From Azolla caroliniana (lineage: Eukaryota > Plantae > Polypodiophyta), in contig JBHGNT010000011.1 of assembly GCA_043228905.1 (NCBI GenBank), positions 14,074,001 to 14,138,000 of the forward strand: a DNA stretch of 64,000 bases, given 5' to 3'. A program made the position numbers and the translations under genes. Below the pieces are notes generated by a model that searched no databases, had not been told where the DNA came from, and saw only the letters and a program-made list of their open reading frames with translations. Each line of letters begins with the position of its first letter. The first letter of the stretch is position 1. This document shows positions 34,094-47,700 of the stretch, piece by piece.

Positions 34094-36264
34094 CCGTTTG
34101 ATTTGTTCGTTCTGCTTGGCCGTCGGTTTGTGGGTGGTAGTTGGAGGAGAGGTTACAAGTGACCTTGAGCATTTTAAAAAGGTGCTTCCAGAATTTTGAG
34201 ACGAATTGGGGTCCATGGTCGCTGATGATATTATGAGGAAGGCCATGATGCCAACATACTTCACGCATGACAATTTCAGCGGTTTCTTCGCTGGAGATTT
34301 ACTTAGTACATGGCAAGAAATGAGACATCTTCATATATCGATCTACTACTGTTAAAATTGCATTGAATCCCATAGAGACTGGAATATCTATCATGAAATC
34401 TAGAGCAATGGATTGCCACGGCTTGCTTAGAATTGGTAATGGTTCTAATAAACCATATGGATGATGCCTTGGCATTTTTGCTCTACAACATGTATCACAA
34501 GTCCGAACAAAATCTTCGACAAATTGTCGCATACAGGGCCACCAGAATGATCGTTGTATTAAATCTAATGTCTTAGTACTACCAAAATGCCCAGTTGTAT
34601 ATGTGTCATGACAATTTTGGACTACTCGAAGGCGGCAAGAACCATTAGGAACATACAAGAGTTTCTTAAAGAATAGTAATCCATCATGACATTCGAATTG
34701 TCGATAGTCCGTACCTGGTTGTTGCGACTGTGAACAAGATGCTCGAGAGGGATCAATTTGTGCTAGAATGGCTTGGGCGAAAGCATCTGTCTTCAAGTCC
34801 TCACGTATGGTATCGATAACGTGGGAATCCATGCGCATGCCGAAGACCTGTGTTTCTTACAGTCATGTCGGTCCCAAGATTACTTGCTTTTGGTTATTGA
34901 AAGTTGGCTCGCCAAGACGCGGTGCTAGATACCAACGCCGTGATAATGCATCTACCTTCCCTTGGTGCTTCCCCGGACGATATGTAATTTTGAAGTCGAA
35001 ACACGTGAGGGATTGGGCCCACCGAGCTTGACTTTGATTTAACACACGAGCACTCTAAAATTAGGCAAGGTTTTTGTGATCACTGAATACGGTGACTTGA
35101 TGAGAGGATCCCTCTAGAAAATGCCTCCATTGCGTAAAAGAGTCCACTATTGCTAATAGCTCCTTATCATGAATTTCATAGTTGATTTCGACGGCGTCAA
35201 ACTTGCGTGAGTGGAAAGCCACAGGATGTAGCTTTTCATCATTACCTTGTTGTGACAGAATGCTAGCCAATGCGAAATCCAACGCGCCTGCTTCCATGAT
35301 GAATGGCTTTTCCAGATCAACGTGAGCTAGAATAGGAGCCAATGTATTTAATGCCTTCTTAATATTCTCAAAAGCCATGTCCGCTTCTTCAGACCCAACG
35401 AACGATTCTCCCTTCTTAGTAAGTTGTGTGAGAGGAAGAACAAGCTTTGAGTAATCCTGTATAAACTTGTGGTAGAAATTGGCAAAGCCTAAAAAGCATT
35501 GCACATCTCGCAACCAACGCAGGGTTTGCCACTCTACCACCGTTTTGACCTTAGCTGGATCCATGGAGATGTCGTCCGAGGAGATGACATAGCCTAGAAA
35601 TTCCACCTGGTTGCACCCGAAACTACATTTTTCCACCTTTGCATAAAGACAATGTTCTCGAAGTCGTTTTAGTACTAACAGTACATGAGAATCATGCTCT
35701 TCTGGGTCTTCGAATAAACCAGTAGATCATCCAAATAGTTGATCTAACAAACATCCAAGAGATCTGAAAATATATCATTTGCCATGTGTAGGAAGACTGT
35801 TGGCGCATTAGTGAGGTTGAAAGGCATGATCGTATACTCGAAGTGCCCATATCTAGTGCGAAATGCGGTCTTCCATTCATCTCCTAGTTGGATCCGTACG
35901 AGGTTATATGCTCCCCGTAAGTCGATCTTCGTGAAGAACCTTGCACCACTGATCCGTTCCAAAAGATCCGTTCTAAAATACTTGAGATAAGGGGAAGTGC
36001 ATACCTATTTCTGATGGTGACTTTATTCAAGTCACTGTAATATATAATGAGACGAAGTGATCAATCCTTGTTCTTGATGAAGAAAATGGGTGCGCCAGCT
36101 GGAGATTTCAAATACCGAATGAAACCATTTTCCACATTCTCCTCTATATAGGCTCGAAAGACTTCTAGCTCTGTTGGTGACAAATTGTAGATCGGTCCCC
36201 ATGGTGGCTCTTTTCCCGGTTGTAAATCGATGGGCCAATCATAGAGTCGATGGTGAGGAAGCGT
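34094..36264 (-). pseudogene. pol: Chromovirus-type (Tcn1-like) Gypsy pol fragment, RT-RH-INT
   Basis: [77 protein letters not shown]; many frameshifts; no chromodomain visible. Confidence 0.88.
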
Positions 36265-36290
36265 TGTCGCGGTATTCCGCAAGTACGTGT

Positions 36291-39200
36291 TGTTGGAAGC
36301 GAGGTCGTTAATGCGGAAGATCAAGAAGCATTCGTTCTCTGTTTAGTACCTGCGTATGAGAGATTGTAGGTCGTTGTACAGAGAGAGAGAGAGAGAGACA
36401 GAGAGGCACAAAAAACTCTTTATTCCTTAAAGCAACAATACAATATCCAACCTCACAAAGAGGTTACAAGGTCACTATATATAGTGACCGACTTAGGGCA
36501 ACTACCCTTTATGCTAATTACATAAATGGCCAAAGACGAGATAGTGTGAATACGTCCATTATACACATGTATTCGACACTCCCCCGTAATGGGCGTATAC
36601 ATGGGTTATCTAAGATTACAGGTATAGACTTAGGTTCTCGTACATATCAGCTTTGTTCGGGTCGGCAGGGTCCGAAGGCAGAAGACCGAACTGGTCGGGT
36701 CGGAACAGTTGAAGCCGATCATTAAGGAGCTGATGTCGGTTGTCAGGAACCATCCTGCTCTGTGTCCGGCTCTAACCGGACTGGTTTGTCGTTACGCCCA
36801 TCTGATGCCGAAGAGTCCGAAAGCGGTCTGCCGAAAGACACTTGGTCATTCCATCTGCGACATTGTCGGTTGTGGATATTTTCTCTAGACCGATTTTCCC
36901 TGAGATGACGCAGTCCCGAACGAAGTGATATCGAACGTCGATATGTTTGGAGGCGTTGTGGTGAACCGGATTTTTCGACAAGGCAACAGCACCTTGACTG
37001 TCGCTGTAGACAACTGGAGCCGAGTCATGGTCGACTTGTCGAAACGTGTGCGCCAGCCGACCGAGCCACAAAGCTTCTTTTGCTGCGTCGGACGCGGCTA
37101 CATATTCTGCTTCGGTCGTTGAGGTCGCTGTGCACTCCTGAAGTTTCGACTTCCACGAGATTGCTCCATTGCCGAATTTGAAGCAGTATCCGGTTGTTGA
37201 TTTCCGACTGTCTATACAGCCGGCGAAGTCCGAGTCGGTGTAACCGACTACGCCTGAGGTTCGGTTCGGACCGAAAAGAATGCCGTGGTCTTTTGTGCCA
37301 GCCAGATATCTGAACACATGCTTGACTGCGTTCCAATGCGATCGGCCAGGGTTGTGCATAAATCTGCTAACGACTCCTACGACGTGAGAAATATCAGGCC
37401 GTGTCGCGACCATCAGGTACATAAGGGAGCCGACTGCCGGTGCATACGGTACCGACTTCATATCTTCCCCCTCCGGGCCGGATGTCGGGCAGTCTTGCTG
37501 AGAGAGCCGAAGATTCATGGGGAGCGGGGTTGAAGCAGATTTGGCTGATTGCATGTTGAAACGTTCCAAGACACGTCGGATATAGTCGGTCTGAGACAAA
37601 AAAAGATGTCGTTTATCGCGATGCCGACTAATCTTCATGCCGAGTATGTGTCGTGCCGGACCGAGGTCCTTCATGGCAAACTTCAACCGCAGTTGCCGAA
37701 TGAGATCGGCAAGTTCGCCCGCGTGGCGTCCAGAAATTAGCATGTCGTCCACGTAAATGATGAGGAAGATGGGTGATCCATCTTGAGCTGTGTTGGTGAA
37801 GAGACAATGGTCCTCATCGCTTTTGGAGAAGCCGATCGATTGGATGAAGTCGTCGAACTTCTTGTACCATTGTCGCGGTGCCTGTTTGAGGCCGTATAGA
37901 CTCTTCCTGAGTCGGCAGACTAGATGTTCTTGGCCAGTTGCCACGAAGCCTTTTGGCTGCTCCATATAAATTTCCTCGTCAAGATCACCATGGAGGAAGG
38001 CTGTTTTGACATCTAGCTGAATCAGCTCCAAGTTGTCGGCTGCCACTACGCCGAGTAGGAAACGAAGGGTTGTCATTTTCACCACTGGTGAAAAAATCTC
38101 GTCGAAGTCGACGCCATATTCTTGTCGGAAGCCCTTCGCAACTAATCTGGCCTTGTACTTTGGGGTGGTCGAATCAGACGTCTCTTTTAGTCGATAAACC
38201 CACTTGCAAGGAAGAGCACGTCGGTTCCTAGGTAATTCGACTAGATCCCAAGTCTTGTTTGCCCGAATGGAGTGCATTTCCGACTCCATCGCCAGATGCC
38301 AGGTGGCTGAATCGACAGATGTCGATGCTTCTTCGTAAGACGTCGGTTCGCCGGCGTCGGTGAAGAAGATTCCAGGAGAATACCTCTCCGGAGGTTGCGA
38401 CAGTCTCTCGGATCGTCGAGGCATGATTGGACTGGTCGCAGCGGGTATCGTGGTCGGATGGTCCGAAAGCGGATTGTTCTGCTGTGCCGAGTCGGAGTTG
38501 TCCGAGTCGGTAGTGTAAGGTTCAGCTACCCGTGAAGCTGACCGTGTGTTGAGAGCGGGGCCTTCTTGAAGGGTCGGCACATCGGAAAATGTTACCCTTC
38601 GGACTTCGATCGGTTTTTCAATTGATGGATTCATAGCCGACTCGTTGAACACAACGTCCGAACTTCGAACGATTTGTCTGCGTTCGGGGTCCCAGAGTCG
38701 GTATCCCATTTCGCCGTCGGATCCATATCCAAGGAAAATGCATTTCCTGGACCGAGGTGCAAGTTTTCGGCGATCATCTTTCGGAATAAGGGCGTACGCC
38801 TCGCATCCGAAGATCCTCAGCTTGTCGTAATTCGGCCTACTGCCGATCCATAGTTCCTGAGGGATTTGAAGTCCTAGAGGTCTACTTGGCGACATATTGA
38901 TTATGTGTACTGCCGTGAGTAGAGCCTCTGCCCAGAAGCCATCCGACAGTCCGGAGTGTTGGAGCATGGAAACTATCCGTTCTTGGATCGTCCGATTCAT
39001 TCGCTCTGCGATCCCGTTTTGCTCCGGACTGTGTGGTGCCGTAAGTTCACGTCGGATGCCGCGTTGTCGGCAGAATTTGACGAATTCTTCGGATTTAAAC
39101 TCTCCCCCATTGTCTGTCCGAAAGCATTTCAGCTTTCGGTCGGTTTGATTTTCCACCATAGCGAGCCAATCGGTGAAGATCGAGAAGACCCGATCTTTGG

Positions 39201-41749
39201 TGCGAATCGGATAAGCCCACACCTTTCGAGTCGAGTCGTCAATAAAAGTGACGAAGTAAGAGGCACCGCCGAGAGACTGATGCGGCATTGGGCCACAGAC
39301 GTCCGAATGGACTAAATCGAGAGGTCTCGTTTCTCTTGGTGCTGATGTCGGGTGTGATGTGGCTGCTTGTTTGCCATACTGGCAATGCTCGCAGAATTGA
39401 TGGTCGGAGAAGGAGAGTTTGGGGATGTATCCGGCTCTAGATAGGTGTGTGATGCCGGCCTTGCTGAGGTGTCCTAATCTTCGGTGCCATAGTGATGACA
39501 CAGGAATATCCACCAAAAACAGGTTACCCTCTCTGAGCGTAACATGTAACGGATACAGGGAGTGTATCTTGGGTCCTCTAGCAAGCAGGAGGTTCCCCTT
39601 GTGGAGTGTCCACCCTCCCGAAGAAAAACCGGCACGAATGCCGTCTTCATCTAGTTGTCCGACTGAGATCAATGGCCTAGAGAGCTCGGGTACATGTCGG
39701 ACATTGTGGAGTACAAGTGTAGAGCCACCTGCAAGGTTGAGCTCTACTGTGCCGATTCCGATGATGTCACAGTGTTGCGAGTTACCGACCCGAACTGAGT
39801 CGGAGTGACGGATCGTATATTGCCGAAATTGGGATCGATGAGGAGTCACGTGAAATGACGCGCCCGAATCTAAGAGCCATGTCCTCGATTCTTCAGTCGT
39901 GAGTAGAACTTCTGATCCGACTGGATTTTCGATTGATAGTATATTCGGGTCGTCCGGTAGTACATCAGCTGAGAAGCTGACGTAATTGATCTCCTCATGC
40001 CGGCCACTCTTCTTGTTCTTGTTCTTGAGTGCGCGGCAGTCGGCTTTGATGTGTCCGGGTTTCTTGCAATAGTTGCAGATTCGGTTATCCCGTGACTGGC
40101 TCCGTCTTCGCTGATTGTTCGGCGGCCGTGAGGAATCTCTTCCTTGTATGTTCGATCGGTCTGTCGAACCTTGTACTACGTAAGCGTCGTCTGTTGAGTC
40201 TTTGGCGAAAGACTTTCTCCGAGCTGCTTCGGTCAGGATTGCGCTCGTGACTTCGGAGTATTTAACAGCCGTGGTTGACGCGTTGCACACGGTTGTGACG
40301 AAAGTTTCCCATGATGAGGGAAGGCTGCTCATGAGTATCATTGCTCTGAGTTCATCCTCAATTGCCGTCCCCTGTGACGAGATTTGGGAGCTTATGCTTT
40401 CGTACTCATTGAGGTGTGCTTGGACCGAATCGGATTCTTTCATCCGCAAGTTGTAGAGGCGCCGGATCAGAAACATTTTCGTTGCGGCGACCTTCTTTTC
40501 GTAAGTGTCCGACAGTGTTTTCCACAGTTCGAATGCTGTCGTACACGATTGCACCGTAAAGTATACCGATTCCGATAGGTGCATCCGAATCGTGGCGCGA
40601 ACAATTCTGTCCAGCTTCTGCCACTCCATTGGTTTGTATCCTTCTGGAGGTTCTTCATTTTCGATGGGATCGATTTGCCCCTTGACTATGAGATAGTCCT
40701 GCATTTGCTCCTTCCAGAAGTTGAAGTTCGATCCATCGAACTTTCGTAGACTCATTTCTGACGAGCCGGATGTTGATGTCATCAAATTTGGTTTTGGTTG
40801 ACGAAGCTCGGTTCGGAGTTGACTACGAACCTTGTTGGAGTGCAGCCGGTTGGCTCACCCGATATCGTTCTAGTCGGATTTGAACCCGAGTCGGTTCGGC
40901 TTCGGAACTTGCTCGAATTGACTCCGGTAGCTTGAGGGACAGAACCGACTGGTCTTCCCGAATGTTGCCGAGTCAGAGTGAGCCCGGTTCGCTTCGGATA
41001 TATATAAGCCGAATACCGATTATTGAAACCGATTATCTGGACCGATTCTGCTTCGGTTGACTGCAGCAACGAGAGAGACGGATCCAACTGATCCTCTCGA
41101 GAGTCGATCAGCCAGATGAAGCACGAATTTGGGGTTGTTATTTTCAGACCGATCTGCACCGAGTGGTTACAACGAGCAGCGTTTGATTACCTCTTCGGAT
41201 GCCGTTTAACCGAGTGGAGCACGATCGTGTCAATGTTGCACAAGGGGATTTCACCTCGAGCGGTTACGATCACAAGGAACAGAGTACAACCTGATGACTT
41301 ACTCCAAGCAAGAGGATCTAACGCGATGAGGTGCAAACCTCGTTTTTGTTCTTCTTCTCTCTTTCTTCGAATGACGCGAATACTGTGCGGGCCGTGATGA
41401 AGTGAAGAACCGAATGCTGTGCAGGCGGTGATGACGGCCGAACCTCTGCTCTGATACCAGATGTTGGAAGCGAGGTCGTTAATGCGGAAGATCAAGAAGC
41501 ATTCGTTCTCTGTTTAGTACCTGCGTATGAGAGATTGTAGGTCGTTGTACAGAGAGAGAGAGAGAGAGACAGAGAGGCACAAAAAACTCTTTATTCCTTA
41601 AAGCAACAATACAATATCCAACCTCACAAAGAGGTTACAAGGTCACTATATATAGTGACCGACTTAGGGCAACTACCCTTTATGCTAATTACATAAATGG
41701 CCAAAGACGAGATAGTGTGAATACGTCCATTATACACATGTATTCGACA
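36291..41749 (-). mobile_element. Intact Ty1/Copia retrotransposon with 288-bp LTRs
   Basis: LTRs 36291-36578 and 41462-41749 look identical; TSD CGTGT; PBS TGGTATCAGAGC 41448-41459; PPT at 36579. Confidence 0.97.
36772..40782 (-). CDS. Copia Gag-PR-INT-RT-RH polyprotein (~1336 aa)
   Basis: CNYCKKPGHIKADC, WLLDSGASFH, LVHSDVCGP, QLDVKTAFL, IYVDD, SKHIDVRYH; unbroken. Confidence 0.96.
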   Translation of the reverse strand: MTSTSGSSEMSLRKFDGSNFNFWKEQMQDYLIVKGQIDPIENEEPPEGYKPMEWQKLDRIVRATIRMHLSESVYFTVQSCTTAFELWKTLSDTYEKKVAATKMFLIRRLYNLRMKESDSVQAHLNEYESISSQISSQGTAIEDELRAMILMSSLPSSWETFVTTVCNASTTAVKYSEVTSAILTEAARRKSFAKDSTDDAYVVQGSTDRSNIQGRDSSRPPNNQRRRSQSRDNRICNYCKKPGHIKADCRALKNKNKKSGRHEEINYVSFSADVLPDDPNILSIENPVGSEVLLTTEESRTWLLDSGASFHVTPHRSQFRQYTIRHSDSVRVGNSQHCDIIGIGTVELNLAGGSTLVLHNVRHVPELSRPLISVGQLDEDGIRAGFSSGGWTLHKGNLLLARGPKIHSLYPLHVTLREGNLFLVDIPVSSLWHRRLGHLSKAGITHLSRAGYIPKLSFSDHQFCEHCQYGKQAATSHPTSAPRETRPLDLVHSDVCGPMPHQSLGGASYFVTFIDDSTRKVWAYPIRTKDRVFSIFTDWLAMVENQTDRKLKCFRTDNGGEFKSEEFVKFCRQRGIRRELTAPHSPEQNGIAERMNRTIQERIVSMLQHSGLSDGFWAEALLTAVHIINMSPSRPLGLQIPQELWIGSRPNYDKLRIFGCEAYALIPKDDRRKLAPRSRKCIFLGYGSDGEMGYRLWDPERRQIVRSSDVVFNESAMNPSIEKPIEVRRVTFSDVPTLQEGPALNTRSASRVAEPYTTDSDNSDSAQQNNPLSDHPTTIPAATSPIMPRRSERLSQPPERYSPGIFFTDAGEPTSYEEASTSVDSATWHLAMESEMHSIRANKTWDLVELPRNRRALPCKWVYRLKETSDSTTPKYKARLVAKGFRQEYGVDFDEIFSPVVKMTTLRFLLGVVAADNLELIQLDVKTAFLHGDLDEEIYMEQPKGFVATGQEHLVCRLRKSLYGLKQAPRQWYKKFDDFIQSIGFSKSDEDHCLFTNTAQDGSPIFLIIYVDDMLISGRHAGELADLIRQLRLKFAMKDLGPARHILGMKISRHRDKRHLFLSQTDYIRRVLERFNMQSAKSASTPLPMNLRLSQQDCPTSGPEGEDMKSVPYAPAVGSLMYLMVATRPDISHVVGVVSRFMHNPGRSHWNAVKHVFRYLAGTKDHGILFGPNRTSGVVGYTDSDFAGCIDSRKSTTGYCFKFGNGAISWKSKLQECTATSTTEAEYVAASDAAKEALWLGRLAHTFRQVDHDSAPVVYSDSQGAVALSKNPVHHNASKHIDVRYHFVRDCVISGKIGLEKISTTDNVADGMTKCLSADRFRTLRHQMGVTTNQSG

Positions 41750-41774
41750 CGTGTAGGATCTTAGGCGGGACCGC

Positions 41775-44700
41775 TGTCGTGCAGAAAACCGCCCCTAGGA
41801 GGAATCAAGGAAAGGGGGCGTGACCCGATCGTTTTCGTGTGTGTGTCTGTGTGTTTATGAATTGTACATAGCTAGGAATAGACCGGCTGATATGCATATG
41901 TACTAGAAAGGGTGTTAATTGTCTAGGGAATCGATATGTATCTCTGTTCGAAAGGACAAAGAATAAATTTGATGTAACGGCCTCCTCGGCGACCTATAAA
42001 AGGAAGGGGAGAAGAAGAAGATAATATCACGTTTTTGGGAGGACGAAATGTTGTCGGATTGGGAACCGAGCTCTCCTCAACCGTTGCTCTCCACTACATT
42101 TCTGTGCCGGTTGCCTCTGTTGTGTGTAAGCCCGTGTGCTTCCAGCAGAGGCTCCTCCATGCGTTCTCTGTGTCACCTGTGTGTGTGCCTGGGACCTCTG
42201 TTTTGGGTCTGTTGCCGGCTTGTCGGTTGTAACCGTTGTTGACATTGTAATTGAATCCTCCGTTCCCTTCTCTCTCTGTGTTTTTGTGAATCGCTCTCCC
42301 TCTTCTTTCTCGCGCTCCTTGGTTCAGGGCCCCCGTGGTCCCGCCTCATTTCACACGCGAGAGCGTAACAACACGACATTATTTGGTGAACCTAACGTGA
42401 AAGAAGGCGGCAAAGGAGTTGAAGATGAGGGGATCCGAACTTGCTGAAGCTATGGCAGTAGCCGTCGACCGGCTAGTGAGCGCTCGTGAGGGAATGGGTG
42501 CCCTTGATAGGGCCCTAGAATCGATTGTCGGCACCATAGGCCGATTCGGTGGGAAGAATGCCACGAGCTATTTGGGGGCCTATCAGGCCGAAATGATCAT
42601 GAGCGACATCCCGGAGGACAGACGGCTGTCCGGATTCCCTCGAGTGGTGATGCCGACCATCCACGCGGAGGTGCTCAAGGTGCTTGCTGAATGCCAGGCT
42701 TGGGTGGAGCTCGAGGGGCGGCTCCTCAAGAATTACGGGTATGATGATTCACTTCAACTGTCGAAGAGGGACTTCATGGCTTGGGTTGAGAGCCCTACGA
42801 AGGGAAGGAACATGTCAGTGCTCCTCCAGGAATTCGAACAACGGTTCGCTCAGTTGTCGACGCTGGATCAAACCGTGCTCGACACGAGCAGGGTCTTGTT
42901 GTTCGTCAAGTCAGTGCACACGTTGGATCAGGAGAAGGTGGGTCTCCTATTGGAGAAGGATGAAGGCCTCACGGCCGACTGGGCCGTGGTCAAAGGGGTT
43001 TGCACCCGCTTTGATAGGCAACGCGAGTGGAGCGAGGAGGGCTTGTCGGCATCGGGGCCGGTCTTGGCGAGGAAGCTCGACGAGCTGGTATCGGTGCCGG
43101 ATGGGAAGGAAGAGACTCGGAATCGGCTCGAGACGGGCCTTGCCTCGAGCGGAGTGGTCCAAGGCTCTTCCGGAGGAGCGGCTCTGGAAGAGCTGACACA
43201 AATGGTGGGCGACCTCCAGATCGGCAAGCACAGAGGGACGGCGGCGATCAGCCTCGTAACCAGAGGCCGCTGACAGGGCAGCGATGCATGTGATGTGATG
43301 TTGTAGGTCACATCCGGAAAGAATGCGTGGATTTCGCAGAGGCACTCCGGGTCAACGTGGTGTACCTCTGGAATGGGCGGGTGCATGCCCACGACACGCG
43401 GAAAGCCCTAGAGTTGAACACCAAGCGCGACGGGATGAAGCACTTGATAGAAGAAGCCGCGGCGCGACATGCAGAGGCCATCCACTACTCCGCGTCGGGG
43501 GCGACGAGGGCCGGAACGCGAAAGACTCCGGATTCTGGCCGCTGGTGCTGGAAGGCCTCTCTGGAGTAAGGCTAAAGAAGGAGAAGGCGGACTGCGCGGA
43601 ACAACGGATCCAGGAGGTCACCGAATGGGACGATCCGGTTGAGGAAAAACTGGCTTCGTGGAAGCCGCATGCCAGAACTACGGGGTCCTGGTAGAAGACA
43701 AGCGCGCAGGAAGGGTTGGAGGGGCCGGTCCCTCACAACTATACGAGACCCGGCTCGGACCAAAGCAGACCGAGGCCGGCAACACCGAGGTGCCGGATAA
43801 AACGAAACGAGCCGGTTACCAGTTGAGCACGAAGATTGAAAGGTCAACGAACCTGCGGAAGGTTCTCGAGGAGCGGATTCTTGAGAGCAAGGTGGAGTTG
43901 TCGCTGAGGGAGGTGCTCGGAATCACCAAGAATGAGTTCCATGACTCCATTGTGGACTTGGTGAAGCGAAAACGGCTCTCGACGGAATCGGAGCCGGAGA
44001 AGCCAGTGGAGGTGCAGACGACGCACCGAAAAGACACGGCCCTAGAGGATGAGTTGGCGGGCATCTACTACGTGAAGCCGCATTGGGCCAGAGCCACTAC
44101 GGAGACCCTTGTCCAGGTTGGGGATGTGCATGAGCCAATGGTGGCATTGATAGACCACGGCTCGGAGATCAACCTGATGTCCATGGACTTCTACAAAAAA
44201 GGGAAGTGGCCGATCAACACCAAGCACGGGTGGAAGATATGCGCGGCGACACGCGCTACGGAGGAGTTGCATGGTGTGTGCCTGAATGTACGCGTAAAGA
44301 TTGGCGACGTTGAGATAGATCAACAGTTCTTTGTGCAAGAGACCTCCTCGCACCCGGTGATACTCGGCGAGCCATACATTATGGCGGCACGGATGGAAAT
44401 GAAGGTGCTTGACAATGAATCGGCGTACGCGCGCGTGAAGAGCCAAGACGGACAACCCTCCGTTACATTTTTTACGGTGAGGCCGAACCATGAGCGTAAC
44501 CGTGAGACCCTCGGTGGCAAGAGCCGAGGGGATTTTTAGAGAGGGCTATCAAGGCGTGGGGCCACGATAGTCCGGACACCCCGAAATAACCCCACACATG
44601 TACCATAGATAGGAAATTTTGGTTCTCTGATAACGGAGGTTGTATTATGGCCGGCATCAATGGCCGGGAAAAGAAGCGAGCGGAAGGAAGACTCATGGCG

Positions 44701-47700
44701 TACGGAGTCCTCGGCCCTGGCGAAGAGATTGGCGGTGCCATGGAGGCGGTGTCCTTCGATGACACCTTGGGGGAACTACGCGAGGTTGTTGAAGGAGGCC
44801 TTAGTGAAGACCGGGCAATTCCGGTTAGTTCGGTGGAGATGTACGAAGTCATCGCCGACTTCGGGGAAAAGGTCGGGTCCAGTCAGACGGCCTGCATGAA
44901 TACCAAGTACAAGACTGTGGAACGGAAGGTGAGGTCAATTGTGGCACCCTTGCCGGAGGTCTGTGGAGAGCGGATAAAGGGGGTCGCGTCAGACCCAAGT
45001 TTATGGCAACCGTTTTTGGGATAGGGCACCAATTCACTGACATAACGCTACGGAAGCTCAAGGTTGGTGGGGGTGGGTTTCTACTGCCGGTGGAGGAGGA
45101 CCGGTTTAGGAGGATGCTCGGAAGGCACGGGAAAGACTTTGCATTCTCGCCGGAGGAGATCGGGTGCGCAGATCCGACGATAGTGGAGCCGATGGTGATA
45201 TTCACGGTGCCGCATGTGCCGTGGAATCTCAAGTCGATCCCGGTACCTAGAGCTCACATCCTGAAGTTGATGGAGCTACTGAAGCAGAATGTGGAAATGG
45301 GCATCCTCGAACCGTCGAGCACCCCATATTCGAATCGATGGTTTACCGTGGCGAAAAAGAATGGCACGCTGCGCTTCATTCAGGACCTGCAACCGGTCAA
45401 CAGGGTGACCATTTGTAATGCAGGTATCGGACCGACGATAGACGAGTTCGCAGAAGCCTTCGCCGGAAGGTCAATCTATTCGGTCGGTGATCTGTACTCG
45501 GGTTACGATCAGTTCCAACTAGCCATGGAGAGAAGGCATATGACGACGATGCAGACCCCTCTCAACTTAGTGCGGATATGTACCCTGCCGCAAGGAGGGA
45601 CGAACTCGGTGGCGCACATGGTGAATGCGATGAACAAGGTGCTAAGGGACTGCATCCCGGACACCACCATGTCATTCTTGGATGACATCTCGATCAAAGG
45701 ATGTTCGGTGGAGGATAAGGACGAGGCGGTTGGGCCAGACGGATGTCGGAGGTTCGTCGTGGACCACATTAATGACTGTGAGAAGGTGCTGCAAAGGTTG
45801 GAGGATGTGCAGCTCACCTTTTGCGAAGAGATCCTAGTGGTCGGTCACCTGTGCGGGCCCTACGGTCGGAAACCGTCTCCAGCAAAGATAGAAGCCATCT
45901 TTGTAATGAAGGAAGAGTGCGAGTCAGTTACGGAGGAGCGGAGGTTCCTGGGTGCGTGCGTGTTCTACCACATATGGATTCCGCACTACGCACACGTCGC
46001 GGAACCATTGTACGGGTTGCTAAAGAAGGGGCGCAAATTTGAATGGGGCGAGGGGCATACGAAGTCGGTCCGGAGACTGAAGGAGGTGCTTACCGCAGCA
46101 CTGGATCTCACAAAAGCGGTTTACGGCAAGGAGATCCCCATCTACGTAATCGTTGACACAAGCCTGCCCGGGATCGGATGGGTGATCAATCAGGAGGACG
46201 AGAGTGGCGCACGGTTCCCGATCTGGTTCGGGGCGAAGGTTATCAGTGAGCGACAACGAAGATACGCCCAAGTTAAGCGTGAACTATGGGGTATCGTTTC
46301 GGCGGTTAAGGCCGACAAAGATTATCTTATTGGGACGGAGGTAATAACCGAGACAAACTGCCTACCGATTCTCGGTATGGTTTCCAGATGCGTGACTCCG
46401 GACCTGGCAATGCTCAGGTGGATCGCGTACATCAAGTCCCTAAATCCGGAGATACGTCACATCTCCGGGAAGGACAATGCGACGACCGACATGCTTTCGA
46501 GAGCACGGTTCGACGACGAGGACGGCATGGTTTCGGAGGACGAGGAACTCGGCGTAGACTTCTTCGAGACGGCGTACATAACGAGGGGGAGAAGCACTTG
46601 GGCGCTTAACGAATTTCACAAAGGTGAGTACAACGGGGAGTGGCTCCAGATCGGTAGGTTCCTGAAGACAATGACACCAGACGCAGTGTGCACAAAAGAA
46701 GAGGCTAGCCGGATCCGAAAGAAAGGTTACCGGTTCTTCCTACGGGATGGGAACATATGGAGGCACCCTAAGAAGCGAGGCGGTGTCCCACTCCACGTAG
46801 TAGCAAGAAAGGGCGAGCCAGGACACGTTGCTCACGACGTACCATGAGAGTCCTTGGGCCGAACATCGCGGGACATGGGCCATGTTTGACAAACTGAAAG
46901 AGAAGTATTGGTGGCCAGGGCTGTATCGGGATGTGTTCCAGTTCGTAACGACGTGTGAAAACTGTCAAATGCACTCCGCGATCCGGCATCGAGATGAGCT
47001 GCACCCACCCTACCCGCCGACCATCCACTTCAAATGGATGGTGGACTTAGTGGCAATGCCGATGGGAGTAGGGCAAATGCGGTGTTTGGTGATTGCACGG
47101 GAAGATTTAACGAACCAAGTGGAAGGTCGCGCACTGATGAACAAGACGACTACGGCAGTGTGCCGGTTCTTGATCGAAGAGGTAGTGTGCTGGTACGAAT
47201 GCGTAGGGAAAATCCTGGCGGATCAGGGAGAGCTGGACACGCAGGAAGCTGAGGAGTTGTTCGACCGGTTATGGGTCAAACTCTCCCTCACTGCGGTGTA
47301 CAATCCAAAGGCGAACGAGAAGGTAGAACGCGGACATGGACCGATCGTGAAGGCTTTGGTACGAGCGTGTGAAGAGCATGTCGGGAATTGGCCACTGCTC
47401 CTTCCTTATGCGTTGTGGGTAGACCGGACTACGCACAATTTGGTGACATGGTTCATGCCGACGGAGTTGATGTACGGGCAAAAACCGATTATGCCGGTGG
47501 AACGGACGATCACTTTGTGGGTAGCGGTGGACTGGATGGACGAGATGAGCCAGGAAGAGTTGTTGGTGGCACGAATTCGGCAAATCGAACGACGACTGGA
47601 GGACATGGAGCAGGCGATGGCGAAGCTGCGTACGGTGCGTGAAAGGAACAAAGGCCGGTTCAACCGAACACACCGGCTGAGACCGAGGAAGATCGAGGAA

